This document shows positions 11,476-25,319 of a stretch of 64,000 bases of DNA, one piece after another. The stretch is taken from NCBI RefSeq assembly GCF_009914755.1, contig NC_060926.1; one strand, 5' to 3'. Position 1 is the first letter of the stretch; every line of letters begins with the position of its first letter. A program made the translations under genes and the position numbers. The notes under the pieces are model-generated. The model made no database searches and was not told where the DNA came from. It was given only the letters and a program-made list of their open reading frames with translations. This DNA comes from the human T2T-CHM13v2.0 reference genome, Homo sapiens.

Positions 11476-13159
11476 ATGTGTCATAACATGATGAGCAAAA
11501 GCTGAGATTTATAAAGAGGTTGCAGAAGTCATCAATAATGGAAAAGACAGTGCTTGTTCTACGTTTCTGCACATAGCCAGAATTCATCTCTCCTTCTACA
11601 TCTTAATAATAGAAATACCAGAGTTTCCCTTGTTTTAAAATTGTTAATGTGTGTTTCTGTTCCCTACTGGACTGTGGCTCTCTGGAAAATGAAGACTATG
11701 TGCTATTTATCTTGGAGTCTCCTCCAGTTCCAATTTAATGCTTTGCGCATGCTATTTGCCCAGTAAGTGTTGAATCAAGTGAACTAAAGTTTGAGTTTGA
11801 CAGCTTAGTGATTTATGAGGAGCTGAATGATATGTGAGTTGAATAAAGTTCTCATGGAGATAAAAATATTGGTAGGATTGAACATGTCTTCTGTAAAATG
11901 AGTGACATGGAATCGCCTTAAATTGGTCTTTGCACTATCACCATTAAACATCAGCACTTGAATTATCAGGTGTGGGTTGAATAATCTAGAATTAGTTAGA
12001 ATTAATCTAAAATAATCCCTTTAACTTTTCATTTTCTCAGTAGTAAACTTCTGGTATGCCTGAATAGTTCATTAAAATCACTGTTTTTTTTTTTTTATTA
12101 CCATTCTTTTTGGAAAGCTGTCCACTATCCTTAAGGATCATGTGAAACTAAGACTGCACCTCAATCCCTTTCACCTCAGCAATAGAATCATCATGTCATT
12201 TTGGCTCATTTTTCCCTGCAAGGACAGTCATGTGCATTGATAGTGAAGTTAAAAATAACTCTCTCTGTTTGGAATTCAGGATTGGTAGAAACCTCATCAG
12301 CCTACAAGGCCACAGTCTTTCAGAACTGTCAACTGCCACTCAAGGGAGTTAACATAGCTGCAAGGCATTTTAATACCAATATTTTCCTCACAGTCTAAAA
12401 TGATTCAGGATTGTGCATGAGGGAAAGAAATCCACTAAGGGTATGAACTCAAATGGTCTTCTTTGTTAAAGTCATGTGAATTTTTATTTAACATTATTAT
12501 CTAATTGCACATAGAGCTCTAAGTTATCCTAGGAAGCTCTACAGTCATGTAGCCTTTTGACTCTAGGGAGATCAGTGCCTATACCATCCTCTACAAATTA
12601 TTGGCTATTCAGTTTTTAAAGGTTGCCAGACAGGGAATTTTGCTAATATTAAACAGAACCTGACTCTACGTTAATTAGCATTAAAGAAGTTATTTCATCT
12701 AATCAGTTGAGCTCTGTGATACTGAAATAAATAATATGTCAATATGACTGTTAAGGGCAAAGAAGTAGCCATTTTTGGTAAGTCTAAAAATAAAGTTTTA
12801 AATTTCATTACGAAAAACTTAGCAGATTCTTAGACCTCATTCTCTCTGATAATGTTAGTCTCACCCCAAGTCCTTCTCAAGACAGGTCACTCCAACCATG
12901 ATCCTACTACCACCCATCATTCCTACCCTTACCTACCCTTAGCAGCCATATCAACATGAACCACAGGAGATTTCATTGCCTGATTTTATACACAACTGTT
13001 TGTATGAGGGGTTAAGTGTGTTTCTTTCCTCTCTATGAAATGAAGTGTATAGTTCTTGTGTCTCAGAAAATGTGTTTATGTGGTCTCTCAGCCAGAGACA
13101 GACAAATCTAACTAAATAATGTCCCAGCTCTGTACACGAAAATCTACAGAAATTTGCTG

Positions 13160-14812
13160 GGATAAATTTTATAAGACCCAAATAAATGGTCTTTGCATTG
13201 AGTCCAGTGACTCAATATTCTTAAGGTATCAGTTCTCCTCAAGTGGATCTGCAGATTCAAAGCAATCTCAATTAAAATTCAAACAGACTTTTTTTTTGGT
13301 AGAAATTGACAAGTGGATTCTAAAATTTTTATAAATTTTAGAGCATTTCTTTAAAAAGAATGATAAAGTTGGAGGATTGACCCTATCTGATTTCAAGACT
13401 TATTCTAAAATGACAGAAATCATGAGTATGGTGTCAAGGCTGACAAGTAGATTAATAAAACAGAATAGAGAATCTAGAAATAAATCCATATATATTTGGA
13501 CAATTGATATTTGACGTTTCAAAGGCAGTTACTTGGAGAAAGAATATTTTTTTTAACAAATGGTGCAGCAACAATTGTAGCTCTATATGCAAAAAGAGGA
13601 TAAAAAGCAAGAAAGAATCTTGATTCACAGCCCACATCATTTACTAAAATTTAATTTAAAAAGTGAAGTCTAAAACTTAAATTTCTAGGAATAAGCAAAG
13701 GAGAAAGATTTGTGATCTGGGCTAGGCAAGATTTCTTAGCTGTGGCACTGAAAGTATAATTTACGAAAGAAAAAATGATGAATTGTACTTCATCCAAACT
13801 AAAATCTTCTGCTCTCAGAAAAACACTATTAAGAGAATCAAGAAACAAGAAACAGATTAGAAGAAAATATTTGCAAATTATAAAACATGAATTACATCCA
13901 GAATAAAAGAAGATTGTTCCAACTCACAAATATGAAAATAAAAGGGATAATAAAAATAAGCCAAAAACTTACACATACTTTTAACTAAAGAAGATATTTG
14001 GATTGGAAAATCCAATTTCATTTGTTTTTAGACAAATTCATTTTAAAAGTCACTCTGTGTTATTCTGAAAAGCTTATTGGGATAATTGAAATAAAAAAGA
14101 CTAGCCATATCAAATATTAGCAAGGATATCGAGAAAATGGAGCTCTCGTAAGCTGCTGATAGGAATATAAGATGGTACAACCACTTTGGAAAACAGGTCG
14201 GCAGTTTCTTAAAAATAAATAAATAAATATACAACTACTATATTATCCAGCCATTCCACTCCTAGATATTTATCTAAGAGGGTATTCACACACAGACTTT
14301 TCCAAAAATATTTATAGAAGCTTTATTTGTAATAGCCTCAAACAACCCAAATGACCTTCAACAGAAGAACAGATAAGAAAATTGTAGTATAGCCATATAA
14401 GGAACTAATAGTTTCTTATATGGCTATGCTACAATAGTACTAACCCACAAAAACAAACACACTATTGATACAGACAACATTGTGAATGAATTGGCCCCAA
14501 ATCATGCCATGTGTTAAAAGCCAAGAAAAGAAAGAGAATGTACTATATGATTCTATTTTTACAAAATGCTAGAATATGCGAATTAATCAACAGTAACAAA
14601 AAGTAGATTAGTGCTTGTCTGGGAAGAAGGTTAGACGGTATAGGAGGATGGGATTGGTCAGGAGAAAATGAATGGGTTTGATGGATGTTAATTATCTTTA
14701 TTGTGGTGACGGTTTCTTAGATAAATATTTCAAAACATATCAAATTGTACATTTAAGTTTGTGTGGTTTATTCTGTGTAAATTAGACATTGGTAAAGCAT
14801 TTTTTTTTAAAA
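13160..14812 (+). mobile_element. Old L1M (L1MC/MD/ME-like) 3' fragment
   Basis: Degenerate ORF2 3' region (AGAAATTGACAAGTGGATTCTAAAA, AATAGAGAATCTAGAAATAAATCC) followed by L1M 3'UTR and A-rich end. Confidence 0.85.
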
Positions 14813-15084
14813 AAGAATCAGTAGGAGATTTTCACTAGTTGTATGTGGGCAGTAAGATTATCTGCCTAAGTTTCTACTTAGGAGTAGAATAGTTGAGTTA
14901 GCAGAGGTATATTTAGCCTAAAACTTAAATGACCACCACCACAACAAGGGTAGAGAAACAGGGTAGTTGGTAGTTATGAATGAATGAATGAGTGAATCTC
15001 TAATCTACTTATCCCTGGCAAGTTCCATTTGAGAGCAAAGAGCCGAGGAAAGAATGCTAATGAGAAGTCTTGCCTTGCTGGTGC

Positions 15085-15260
15085 TAGTTATCCAGCACTG
15101 GGTAAGAAAGTTCATATTTTTTTAGCCTTAGTTTCCTCACCTCAAAGAGGAGAGCCATGCTGTCTGCTCTGGTATAGGCAAGTTTTTGGTGATGATCAAA
15201 TTTGATAATTATAGAAAATTATTCCATAAGCTATGAAATGCCATATAAACATGAGCAGTT
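15085..15260 (+). mobile_element. MIR fragment
   Basis: TAGCCTTAGTTTCCTCACCTCAAA core-like segment. Confidence 0.5.
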
Positions 15261-16396
15261 AAAAATGTATAACCAATTTATCAAATGAAAAGGACACAGT
15301 CTGGACCCAACAGAAAATGAATTTGTTATTTTTTCCCCATTACTCTCCTTAAAAACTTGGTCAAATCCTTTTCCTATTTTCTGGATCTCTCAGATGCCTT
15401 AGGTTTTCCAGACTTTCTCAGGAATTAACAAATAATCTCATTTTTCCAGGTGTTAAAACATTAACCACATCCGTATAAAAACTCCACTCTCTCATTTGAT
15501 TGGAAGCTTGGTCCTCCTCCAGTCCCTCCCCCAACACCTAGGCTTGTTGAGATCAGAACCCTGCATGGGAAAGGCCATAAAATTTTGCCTCACTGTTTCT
15601 CTCTGTCTTCTTTGCTACTAGGGAGTTCTCTGTTTCTTACCACCACAGTTGGAAGTGGAAGGTTAGCCAATTTTGATTGGACTGGTGTTCTTTAAATTTG
15701 TGTTTGGAGTTCTCTATTTGTGAGTGCTCAAATACTACCTTTCTCATATGGTGATTTTGTAGCTTCTTAGAGGATGTACTCCCATTTTTACCCTTTACCT
15801 CCAATAGCAGCCTTTCCTGTCTTCAGTGACACATTCATCCACCTGGCTGTTCATAACTTCTTCCTCAGCTCCTGGCTTCCATGCAGGAAGGCTTTTTCTG
15901 TTGGGTTGACCTAACCATGCAGTCAGGTCTTGTATGTTAGCATGAGCTAGGTAATTCAGTTCTAGCTCACTTCTGCAGGTGGCACAGCTGGCTTTTGGAA
16001 AACAGTCACCTCTGCCCTCCCAGGTAGAAGGCTGACATGTTTCTATTGAAGATATATTGCTTCTCTTCATTACAGTGGCAACTCCCACCAGAATTTAACC
16101 TTTAAAAATTGTATACATATGAGTCAGGTATCAGTTGTTGTGGCCACCCAACTTCAAGAACACATACCAAGTTCTCTAAGGGGTTCTCTCTTGAACACCA
16201 CCCAGCTTAATTGAGGAAGACAATAATAATTGCCTTCTCTGAGCAGAAAGGCAGGAAGAAAGAAATAACCCTTTGACAATCTTCACAAAGGAATTTCCCC
16301 AGACATTTTCACTCCTGATGACTCTGAGCCTGCTTTTATGCAGCCGGAGGGTGGAAAGAGGGCTAGTTGTAACTATTGCTTTAGAAAGTGAGGGTT

Positions 16397-17481
16397 CATA
16401 TGTTTGTTGGCTGTTTGGTTGTCTTCTTTTGAGAAGTGTCTGTACGCATCCATTGCTCACATTTTAATAGGGTCTTGTGTTTTTTTCTTGTTGACTTTTT
16501 TAAGTTCCTTATCGATTCTGGATAGGTAGTTCTTTTTTGTCAACTTTGTCAAAGATCAGTTGGTTGTAGTGTGCAGCTTTATTTTTGGCTTCTGTATTCT
16601 GTTCCTTTCGTCTATGTGTCTGTTTTTGTACCAGAACCATGCTGTTTTGGCTACTGAAGCCTTGTACCATAGTTTGAATTCAGGTAATGCAATGCCTCCC
16701 ACATTGTTCTTTTCACTTGGGGTTGTTTTGGCAATTCAGGCTCTTTTTTTGGTTCCGGAGAAATGCAAATCAAAACCACAATGAGATACCAACTCACACC
16801 AGTCATAATAGCTATAATTAAAAAGTCAAAAAATAACAGATGTTGGCGAGGTTGTGGAGAAAAGGGAATACTTATATACTGTCAGTAGTGATGCAAATTT
16901 ATTCAGCTTCTGTGGAAAGCAGTTTAGAGATTCTGTAGAAAGCAATTTGAAGAATTAAAAGTAGAGCTACCATTTGACCCATTACTGTATATCTACCAAA
17001 AAGACACCTGCACTCATATCTTTATCGCAGCACTGTTCACAACAGCAAAGACATGGAATCAACCTAGGCGCCCACAAATGGTGGGATGGATAAAGAAAAT
17101 GTGATACATATACACCATGGAATAGTATGCAATCATAAAGAAGAGTAAAGTCATGTCCTTTGTAGCAACATGAATGCAACTAGAGGTCATTATCCTAAGT
17201 GAATTAATGCAGAAACAGCAAACCAAATACAGCATATTCTCACTTATAAGTGGGAGCTAAACCTTGGGTACACATGGACGTCAAGCTGGGAACAATAGAC
17301 ACAGGGAACTCTAAAAGGGGGAAGAGAGGTAAGCAAGGATTGAAAAACTACCTGCTGAGTACTACGCACACATTTTGGGTGATGGGTTCAATACAAGCCC
17401 AAATCTCACCATTATGCAATATACCCATGTAACAAACTTGCACATGTACCCCTGAATCTAAAATTAAAAAAAAAATCACAA
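16397..17481 (+). mobile_element. 5'-inverted (twin-primed) L1, L1PB4/L1PA16-like
   Basis: 16397-16757 is antisense ORF2 and 16758-17475 is sense ORF2 end, 3'UTR and A-tail; degenerate TSD AGAAAGTGAGGGTT (16383-16396) / AGAATGTAAGGGTT (17482-17495), 12/14. Confidence 0.88.
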
Positions 17482-17905
17482 AGAATGTAAGGGTTTTTTG
17501 GCATATCTGTTTTAAATTTACCTTAGCCGGAAAACACAAATAGTACCTCCTTTTTAAAAGACTAACATTTCATTAAAGAATGAAGCAGAAAAATGCAGTA
17601 AATGATCTGTTGTAAATTTGTATTAATGTAGTTTTTATGTGTTGGTAGCAAAGCCAAAAAATAATCTCTTTGCATTCTCTAATAATTTGTAAGACAGAGT
17701 ATTATATAAAGACTATTGAGTATGCAATTTTTTGACTTGAAAATATAAAGTGAAAGGAAAGTAATGATTATGGGAAAAGATGGAGAATTAATCCATTGTT
17801 TTAGTTTTCGGACTAATTCTGGGTAGTGGAGCCTTTTTCATAAAACTTAAAATTATAAAGATAGTTTTATTTACCCTCATCATTACTATTTTAAAAGCAT
17901 GCACT

Positions 17906-18210
17906 AGCCAGGTACCTGTAATCCCAGCACTTTGGGAGGCCGACGTGGGAGGATCCTGGTCTTGAGCCCAGGAGTCAGAGATCAGCCTGGGTGACACAAT
18001 GGGACTCCATCTCTACAAAAATTTTTTTTAAAAATTAGACAATCATGGTGGTGCATGCCTGTAGTCCTACCTACTAAGGAGGCTGAGGTGGGAGGATTAC
18101 TTGAGCCCAGGAGCTTGAGGCTGTAGTGAGCTGCAATTGTACCACTGCACTGCACCCTGGGTGACAGAGTGGGATTTGTCTCAAAAATAACAACAAATCT
18201 CAATAAATAA
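17906..18210 (+). mobile_element. AluJ
   Basis: J diagnostics (CTTGAGCCCAGGAG, GAGGCTGTAGTGAGCT); degenerate TAAAAGCA.. TSD. Confidence 0.9.
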
Positions 18211-18367
18211 AAGCAGGAGCTAATGGGATTGATGTCAACATCAACAACAATAATTATTATTTTAAAATATTAATCTTATTGCTTTTATGTGCTATGATCA
18301 GAAAGTTTCCATATAAATTTAATACGTCAGAGGGATAGACCTATGATTGAAAGAAATGATTTACATC

Positions 18368-20645
18368 TGATATGGTTTGGCTGTGTCCCCACCCAAATCT
18401 CAACTTGATTTGTATCTCCCAGAATTCCCCTGTGTTGTGGGAGGAACCCAGAGGGAAGTAATTGAATCATGGGGGCAGGGCTTTCCCGAGCTATTCTCAT
18501 GATAGAGAATAAGTCTCACAAGATCTGATGGGTTTATCAGGGGTTTCCTCTTTTGCTTCTTCCTCATCTTCTCTTGCTGCTGCCATGTAAGAAGTGCCTT
18601 TCATCTCCCACCATGATTCTGAGACCTCCCCAGCCATGTGAAACTGTAAGTCCAATTAAACCTATTTTTCTTCCCAGTATTGGGTATGTCTTTATCAGCA
18701 GAATAAAAAGGGACTAATACAGTAAATTTGTAGCAGTAGAGAAGGGCATTGCTGAAAAGATACTCCAAAATGTGGAAGTGACTTTGGAACTGGGTAACAG
18801 GCAGAAGTTGGAACAGTTTGGAGGGCTCAGAAGACAGGAAAATGTGGGAAAGTTTAGTACCTCCTAGAGATTTGTTGAATGGCTTTGACAAAAATGCTGA
18901 TAGTGATATGAACAATAAGGTCCAGGCTGAGGTGGTCTCAGATGGAAATGAGGAATTTGTTGGGAACTGGAGCAAAGGTGATCTTTTTATGTTTAGCAGA
19001 GACTGGTGACATTTTGCCCCGTCCTAGACATTGGTGGAACATTCAACTTGAGACAGATGATTTAGGGTATCTGGCAGAAGAAACTTCTAAGCAGCAAAGC
19101 ATTCAAGAGGTGACTTGGGTGCTGTCAAAAGCATTCCATCTTAATTTAAAAAAAGAGCATAAAAGTTCAGGAAATTTACAGCCTGATGATGCAGTAAAAA
19201 GGAAAAACCCACTTTTTCGGGAGAAACTCAAGCTGGCTGCAGAAATTTGCATAAGTAACAAGGCAAGAATGTTAATCACCAAGACAATGAGGAAAATGTC
19301 TCCAGGGCATGTGATAGGTCTTCATGGCAGCCTCTCCCATCACAGACCTAGAATTCTAGGAGGAAAAATGGTTTCATGGGCTGGGCCCAGGGTTCCTATG
19401 CTGTATGCGACCTAGGAACTTGGTGCTCTGAGTCCCAGCCACTCCAGCAGTTGCTAAATGGGGCCAAGGTACAGTTCGGCCCATGGTTTCAGAGGGTGCA
19501 AGCCCCAGACCTTGGCAGCTTCCATGTGGTGTTGAGCCTGTGGGTGCATAGAAGTCAAGAATTGAGGTTTGGGAACTTCCACCTAGATTTCAGAAGATGT
19601 ATGTAAACGTCTAGATGCCCAGTCGAAAGTTTGCTGCAGGGACAGGGTCCTCATGGAGAACCTCTGCTAGGGGCAGTGCGGTAAGGAAAGTGGGGTTGGA
19701 GCCCCCACACAGAGTCCCTACTAGGGCACTGCCTAGTGGAGTTGTGAGAGGAAGACCACCATCTTCCAGACTCCAGAGTGGTAGATCCACCGACAGCTTG
19801 CAGTGTGTGCCTGGAAAAGCCACAGACACTCAATGCCAGCCTGTGAAAGCAGCCAGGAGGGAGGCTGTACCCTGCAAAGCCACACCAGTGGAGCTGTCCA
19901 AGACCATGGGAACCCCCCTTTTGCATCAGCATCACCTGGATGTGAGACATAGAGTCAAAGGAGATCATTTTGGAGCTTTAAAATTTGACTGCCCCGCTGG
20001 ATTTCAGACTTGCCTGGGGCCTGTAACCCCTTTGTTTTGGCAAATTTCTTCCATTTGGAATGGCTGTATTTACCTAATACCTGTACCCCCATTGTATTTA
20101 GGAGGTAACTAGCTTGCTTTTGATTTTACAGTCTCATAGGTGGAAGGGACTTGCCTAGTTTCAGATGAGACTTTGGACTGTAGACTTTTGGGTTAATGCT
20201 GAAATGAGTTAAGACTTTAGGGGACTGTTGGGAAGGCATAATTGATTTTGAAATGTGAGAACATGAGATTTGGAGGGGGCCAGGGGCGGAATGATATGGT
20301 TTGGCTGTGTCCCCACCCAAGTCTCATCTTGAATTGTATCTCCCAGAAATCCCACATGCTGTGTGAGGGACCCAGGGGCAGGTAATTGAATCATGGGGGC
20401 GGGTCTTTCCTGTGCTATTCTTGTGATAGTGAATAAATCTCATGAGATCTGACGGGTTTATCAGGGGTTTCCACTTTTGCTTCTTCTTCATCTTCTCTTG
20501 CTGCCACCACGTAAGAAGTGCCTTTCACCTCCCACCATAATTCTGAGGCCTCCCCAGCCATGCAGAACTGTAAGTCCAAGTAAACCTCTTTTTCTTCCCT
20601 GTCTTGGGTATGACTTTATCAGCAGCCTGAAAACAGACTAATACA
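18368..20645 (+). mobile_element. Full-length THE1A element (LTR 18368-18721, internal 18722-20291, LTR 20292-20645)
   Basis: Two 354-bp LTRs with the THE1A motif GGTTTATCAGGGGTTTCC, 1.57-kb internal region, perfect 5-bp TSD ACATC at 18363-18367 and 20646-20650. Confidence 0.97.
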
Positions 20646-22089
20646 ACATCCAATATCTCAAAACCATTGGTGTATATACATAACATTTAATAAAGTCAAT
20701 AAACAAAGCAGAGAATGGTTGTGTTTAACATTATTTGTAAATACTTTAAAACATAATGAGTTATCCTGCCTTGATTATACATCATAGAAACAGTATTTAA
20801 CATCACTTTATATATAATAAATGGATAAGTTTTGACTGCTGTTCTTCAAATCTGCTAATGTGAAAACTGTGACTTAATTGTTTACTTTCATCACTAGTCA
20901 AGGAAGAAATGTTTACAGTTTACTTACTAAGAAACTGTCATTCTGTATTCTTAGGAGGCCACCTCTTGTCAGACAACTAATGCTAGGAGGATAAAACACA
21001 TGCTGGAAAAATGACACCTAAACAGCATACTTATGTTATACTTTCCACAAATTAAATTATGTGGTACTAACATCTAATAGCTCTTACTTCACTACAGGCA
21101 GTGTTTTAACGTTTTTTTGTCTTAATGTTTTAATGTCTTCTATAAACAAAGACAAGGACGGAATTATAAAACATGTTACATATCATGGTAATTATTTTAT
21201 ATCTGGATCTAGACTTGGATCAAATACGGGGCACTCTTGGTCCCCACATCCTACAAATGTGGGGTTGTATAGTATTTGGCTTGACTTGGTCAATGAACAG
21301 TTAGGTAAAAACACTTAATTTCAAATGCCCTAAAAAAATAAAAAATTGCAGGTTTATTTTTAATTGGTTAAATTATTCATATACCAATTTCATCTTTGAC
21401 ATTTCCCCATTATACAGAATTGGGATTGTCTGCATTAGCTAGACCAAAACACTCCATCCTGTGGTTTTTGTTTGTTCTACCTGCATCTGTTGCTTCTCCT
21501 TTGAGGTCCACTTCCTCATCTCCTCCACATTTTAGATGTTAAAGCCCTTCTGTTCTCTTTGTGGCTCCTCCTCCTTTTAAAACTGGGAAAGCATTTATTT
21601 CATCTTTTTAAACTTGTTAATCAATAGTCTGGTCATTTTTTTTTTCATTTCAAGGAGTTTCAGCCAAAGCTTTAGCTCAGCCAATCACTTGTCTTTCAAA
21701 CTTTTCATTTCTCATCAGAAATGTGAATATCTTCAAGCATATGGCAAGGTATTTTGAGGAGCGAGTAGGTCCCTGAAATTATACTATAGCAAATTTAAAA
21801 GAATCTTGTTGAGGATTAGGATGACTACAATGTGTGGATTGGCAAGGAAGTAGGAAGGCAGAAAGACTTGTCTCCCAGATAATCTCCTCAGAAATTTTGG
21901 AATTGAGACCAACTGCTTCCACAGAGCTTAATGTGGAATAAAACTACCTCTGTCAGTTTGACTGCAGCATTTATTTGAGGAGAAAGAAATGTTGGATTTC
22001 TTTTTTATGCAGAAAAAATTCTTTTGTATTTCTCTTTTATGCAGGAAAATGATGATATAAAATAATAAATGACTTTAGGAAATTCCTGA

Positions 22090-22363
22090 AAATCAGTTTT
22101 TCCAGACAAATAATTTCCTCATCTGAGTAAACAGGTTTAATAAAATTTTGTCCAGCAAAAGTTTAATAAACCTAACTTGAATCACTGTGACGAAACCTAA
22201 AACCCTATAAAAATCTTTATTTGCCCTCCCTTTCTGAGACACTATTGAGATTATCAAGATGTTGTTCATGCTTTCTGAAATAACTTTAATAAACTTTGCT
22301 TTGCTTGACCAACAGGGTAATCTGGTGGTCGTTTGGGAGTGGGGGAGCATTAAGGTAGCTGAC
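22090..22363 (+). mobile_element. Probable LTR 3' fragment, family uncertain
   Basis: CCCTATAAAA then AATAAA then terminal GCTGACA, in LTR-like order. Confidence 0.35.
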
Positions 22364-23186
22364 AAGTCTTAAGTACATTTGTAATGGGGATTGCTTCTGC
22401 TGTTATTTTTTTCTGAAATTGACTTGTTCTAGCACAGATGGCCCTGTAGGGGCCTCTAGGGCCTCTTCTCTGCGCTAAAAACACTAGGGAAATATTCTGT
22501 TTCTAAAGCTATTGCAATTTTATTTTTACAAACCTGCCCTAATTATAAACAAAAACTTCTACTTCTTGGAACACTTTCCCATTTCTGATTTCTATTTCTA
22601 GAAACTACATTTCTGATAGAGTTGTCTAAATTTAGGTAATTTAAATAATCATTTCTAGCAAGGGATTTTAGGAATAGATAACAACTGAGGTTTCTTTGAA
22701 TGCAAATATTTCAAGATTCTCTGAGCTTGTATTTGGATTTGTTCTCTTTATGAATAGGCAAGACACTTGGACAAAAATATCTGTCACTCAACTAATAATC
22801 GTGGTTGATTTAGCTGTTTTGCCTGACATAGATTTACTTTTCCTCTTACAAGAGCTACATAGAATCTTCCTGAATCTGAGAGTTTATCTGAAATAATAAC
22901 ATTTTAGTAGTGATTTATCACATTGTAGAGTTCAAAGAGCAGAACAACAAAAGCGTGTACTCCAGATTAGAGATCTGTGAGCACAATGCAATTACTTCTT
23001 TACTTTATACTTTCTAAGGCCTAAATGAAATTATAATAAGAAGGCGCTCACTTCAAAATAACTTCCAACAAAAAAAAATTAGAAAGTTATCATTATTAAT
23101 ATGATCTAAAAATTAGTGAGGAACGGACAGGCTTCAATGAATAAACACTTTTGCACCTACATTCAGAATGATCAGAAATTACATGA

Positions 23187-23588
<402 letters not shown>

Positions 23589-23929
23589 GGTACCTTGGGT
23601 TTTAAGATAACAGAAAATATTTACAGATTAATATTTTCTGAAATTTAAAGTATTTTTATAAGAGATATACTGTTAACAAATGACTAGGAAAGAGAATGTA
23701 ACTTATTTTAGAGAAAAGAATACTCAATACACAATCCTATAAATAATATGAACATTTAAATGGAAAACAGGGAAAAAATAGTTAATTATAGACATTGAAA
23801 TATAAATGGTTAATAATTATATAAAAACATTTAATTTTGCTAGTAGCTATATAAATAAAAATTAAAATATCAATCAGATAAAACTTTTCAGCAGTCATAT
23901 TGGTAAAAATTTTAAAAGTGCAATTATAA

Positions 23930-24080
23930 AATTTTAGTGTACACATAAATACCTGGGAATGTTTTTAAAGTGCAGATTATTGTTTGCTGGGTCTAGGAAG
24001 GGACCTGAGAGTCTGTATTTCTAACAAGCTTCCAAAAGATGCTGATGTTGGTCTGAGGTCCACACACTGAGAAGAAAAGG
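23930..24080. mobile_element. MER5A-like DNA transposon
   Basis: GGGACCTGAGAGTCTGTATTTCTAACAAGCTTCC...GATGCTGATGTTGGTCTGAGGTCCACACACTGAGAA. Confidence 0.7.
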
Positions 24081-24831
24081 CTTAACAGACACTTAACCCA
24101 CTAACTTAAAAAAAAAAAAATTCTCCCTTAAGCCTGAAAATAGTGTCTAAAATCTCATATGCAATAGACATTCCTTTAGGTTAATTCATTATTCCTAAGA
24201 GGGCAACATTAGGTTTTACCATAGCTAGATGACATTTTACAATGGAATCTCATGAACCAATTAGCATTGGACTTCATCAGATTAGCTAGTTTTTAATGAA
24301 GCATGACATTGAAAGAATGGGATACAGAAAAGTTATGTTCGCATTGGAAACTGAAAAAAGAGGCAAAGATCTAGAACACAGAGATGGCTAGGTGGAGGGT
24401 TAGCAGGGCCTGTGTGGCAAAATGACAATGTCCTTCCTATCTGTACAGGGGATCTCTTAAAAGGACAAGGAGCAGCATTAGGAAAGGGAAGGGTGTTAGA
24501 GATGGATTTTCATCCTAGACACCAGCACAGAAGGAACTCTGAAAAATGTGAGTACAGTATAAACAGTGGGAATTAAAAAGGTAAACACTTTCTGGTTGTA
24601 TCTGTTTTTAAAGACAATGACAACTACTGTATAATGTTGGGGTTTAAAAAAGAAGTGTTTGGAATATAAAATCATTCTTTGGTTTAAAAATACTGAATTT
24701 AATAGAATTGATTATTTTCACACTAGAAATAACCCACTTGCCTACCCTAGTGAAAAACTAAGAAATACAAGGAATTAAAAGCATGAATCAAGTTATTATT
24801 GCTTTATTCTCAAAAACCTTGTGATTACAAG

Positions 24832-24914
24832 CAGATTCTAAAAATTAAGTTTAAATCCACTATGTATTGTTCAGTCCAGATTCTTAAAATTAAGTTTTAA
24901 TCCACAATGTATTG
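24832..24914. repeat. Local tandem duplication, 45-bp period
   Basis: CAGATTCTAAAAATTAAGTTTAAATCCACTATGTATTG at 24832 and a 35/38 identical copy at 24877. Confidence 0.9.
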
Positions 24915-25319
24915 CTGTGCTCAACAAAGCCAGTTTAGTAGATACTGTGATTTTCTATAATGTTCAGCATCAGCCCTCCTCATGGGTAATTCTGCTCAGG
25001 GCCTGGCATCCCAGGGAAGATAAAGCAGCAGAGATATGTCCACTTCCTGGTTTTGTCTATATCACACTCCTCAGAACGCCCTTAGAATTCTGACTTTCCT
25101 GTCAAGAGAGGACTATACTCACAATAAGGGTCTATTGGCTGGCCCAATGTCTGAATAAGATACACAACATAAAAAGATTCAACAGGGCTGTGGTGTTTGT
25201 ATTTGTATGACATCTACATAATGCATTTTTAAGAGGGATTGTACAGTAAACACAAAGATGTCAAACAGTCTCATTATCTTTCAAAGGAGGCCTGTCAATA
25301 CTCCTTTGAAACAGAGCTA

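Noticed and set aside
12905-12945. CCTACCCTTA repeats resembling telomeric sequence
   Set aside because: Only two degenerate units; no (CCCTAA)n tract
15795-16088. 97-aa ORF on the - strand in apparently unique sequence
   Set aside because: No recognisable homology, non-ATG start, no clear splice context; length is within chance
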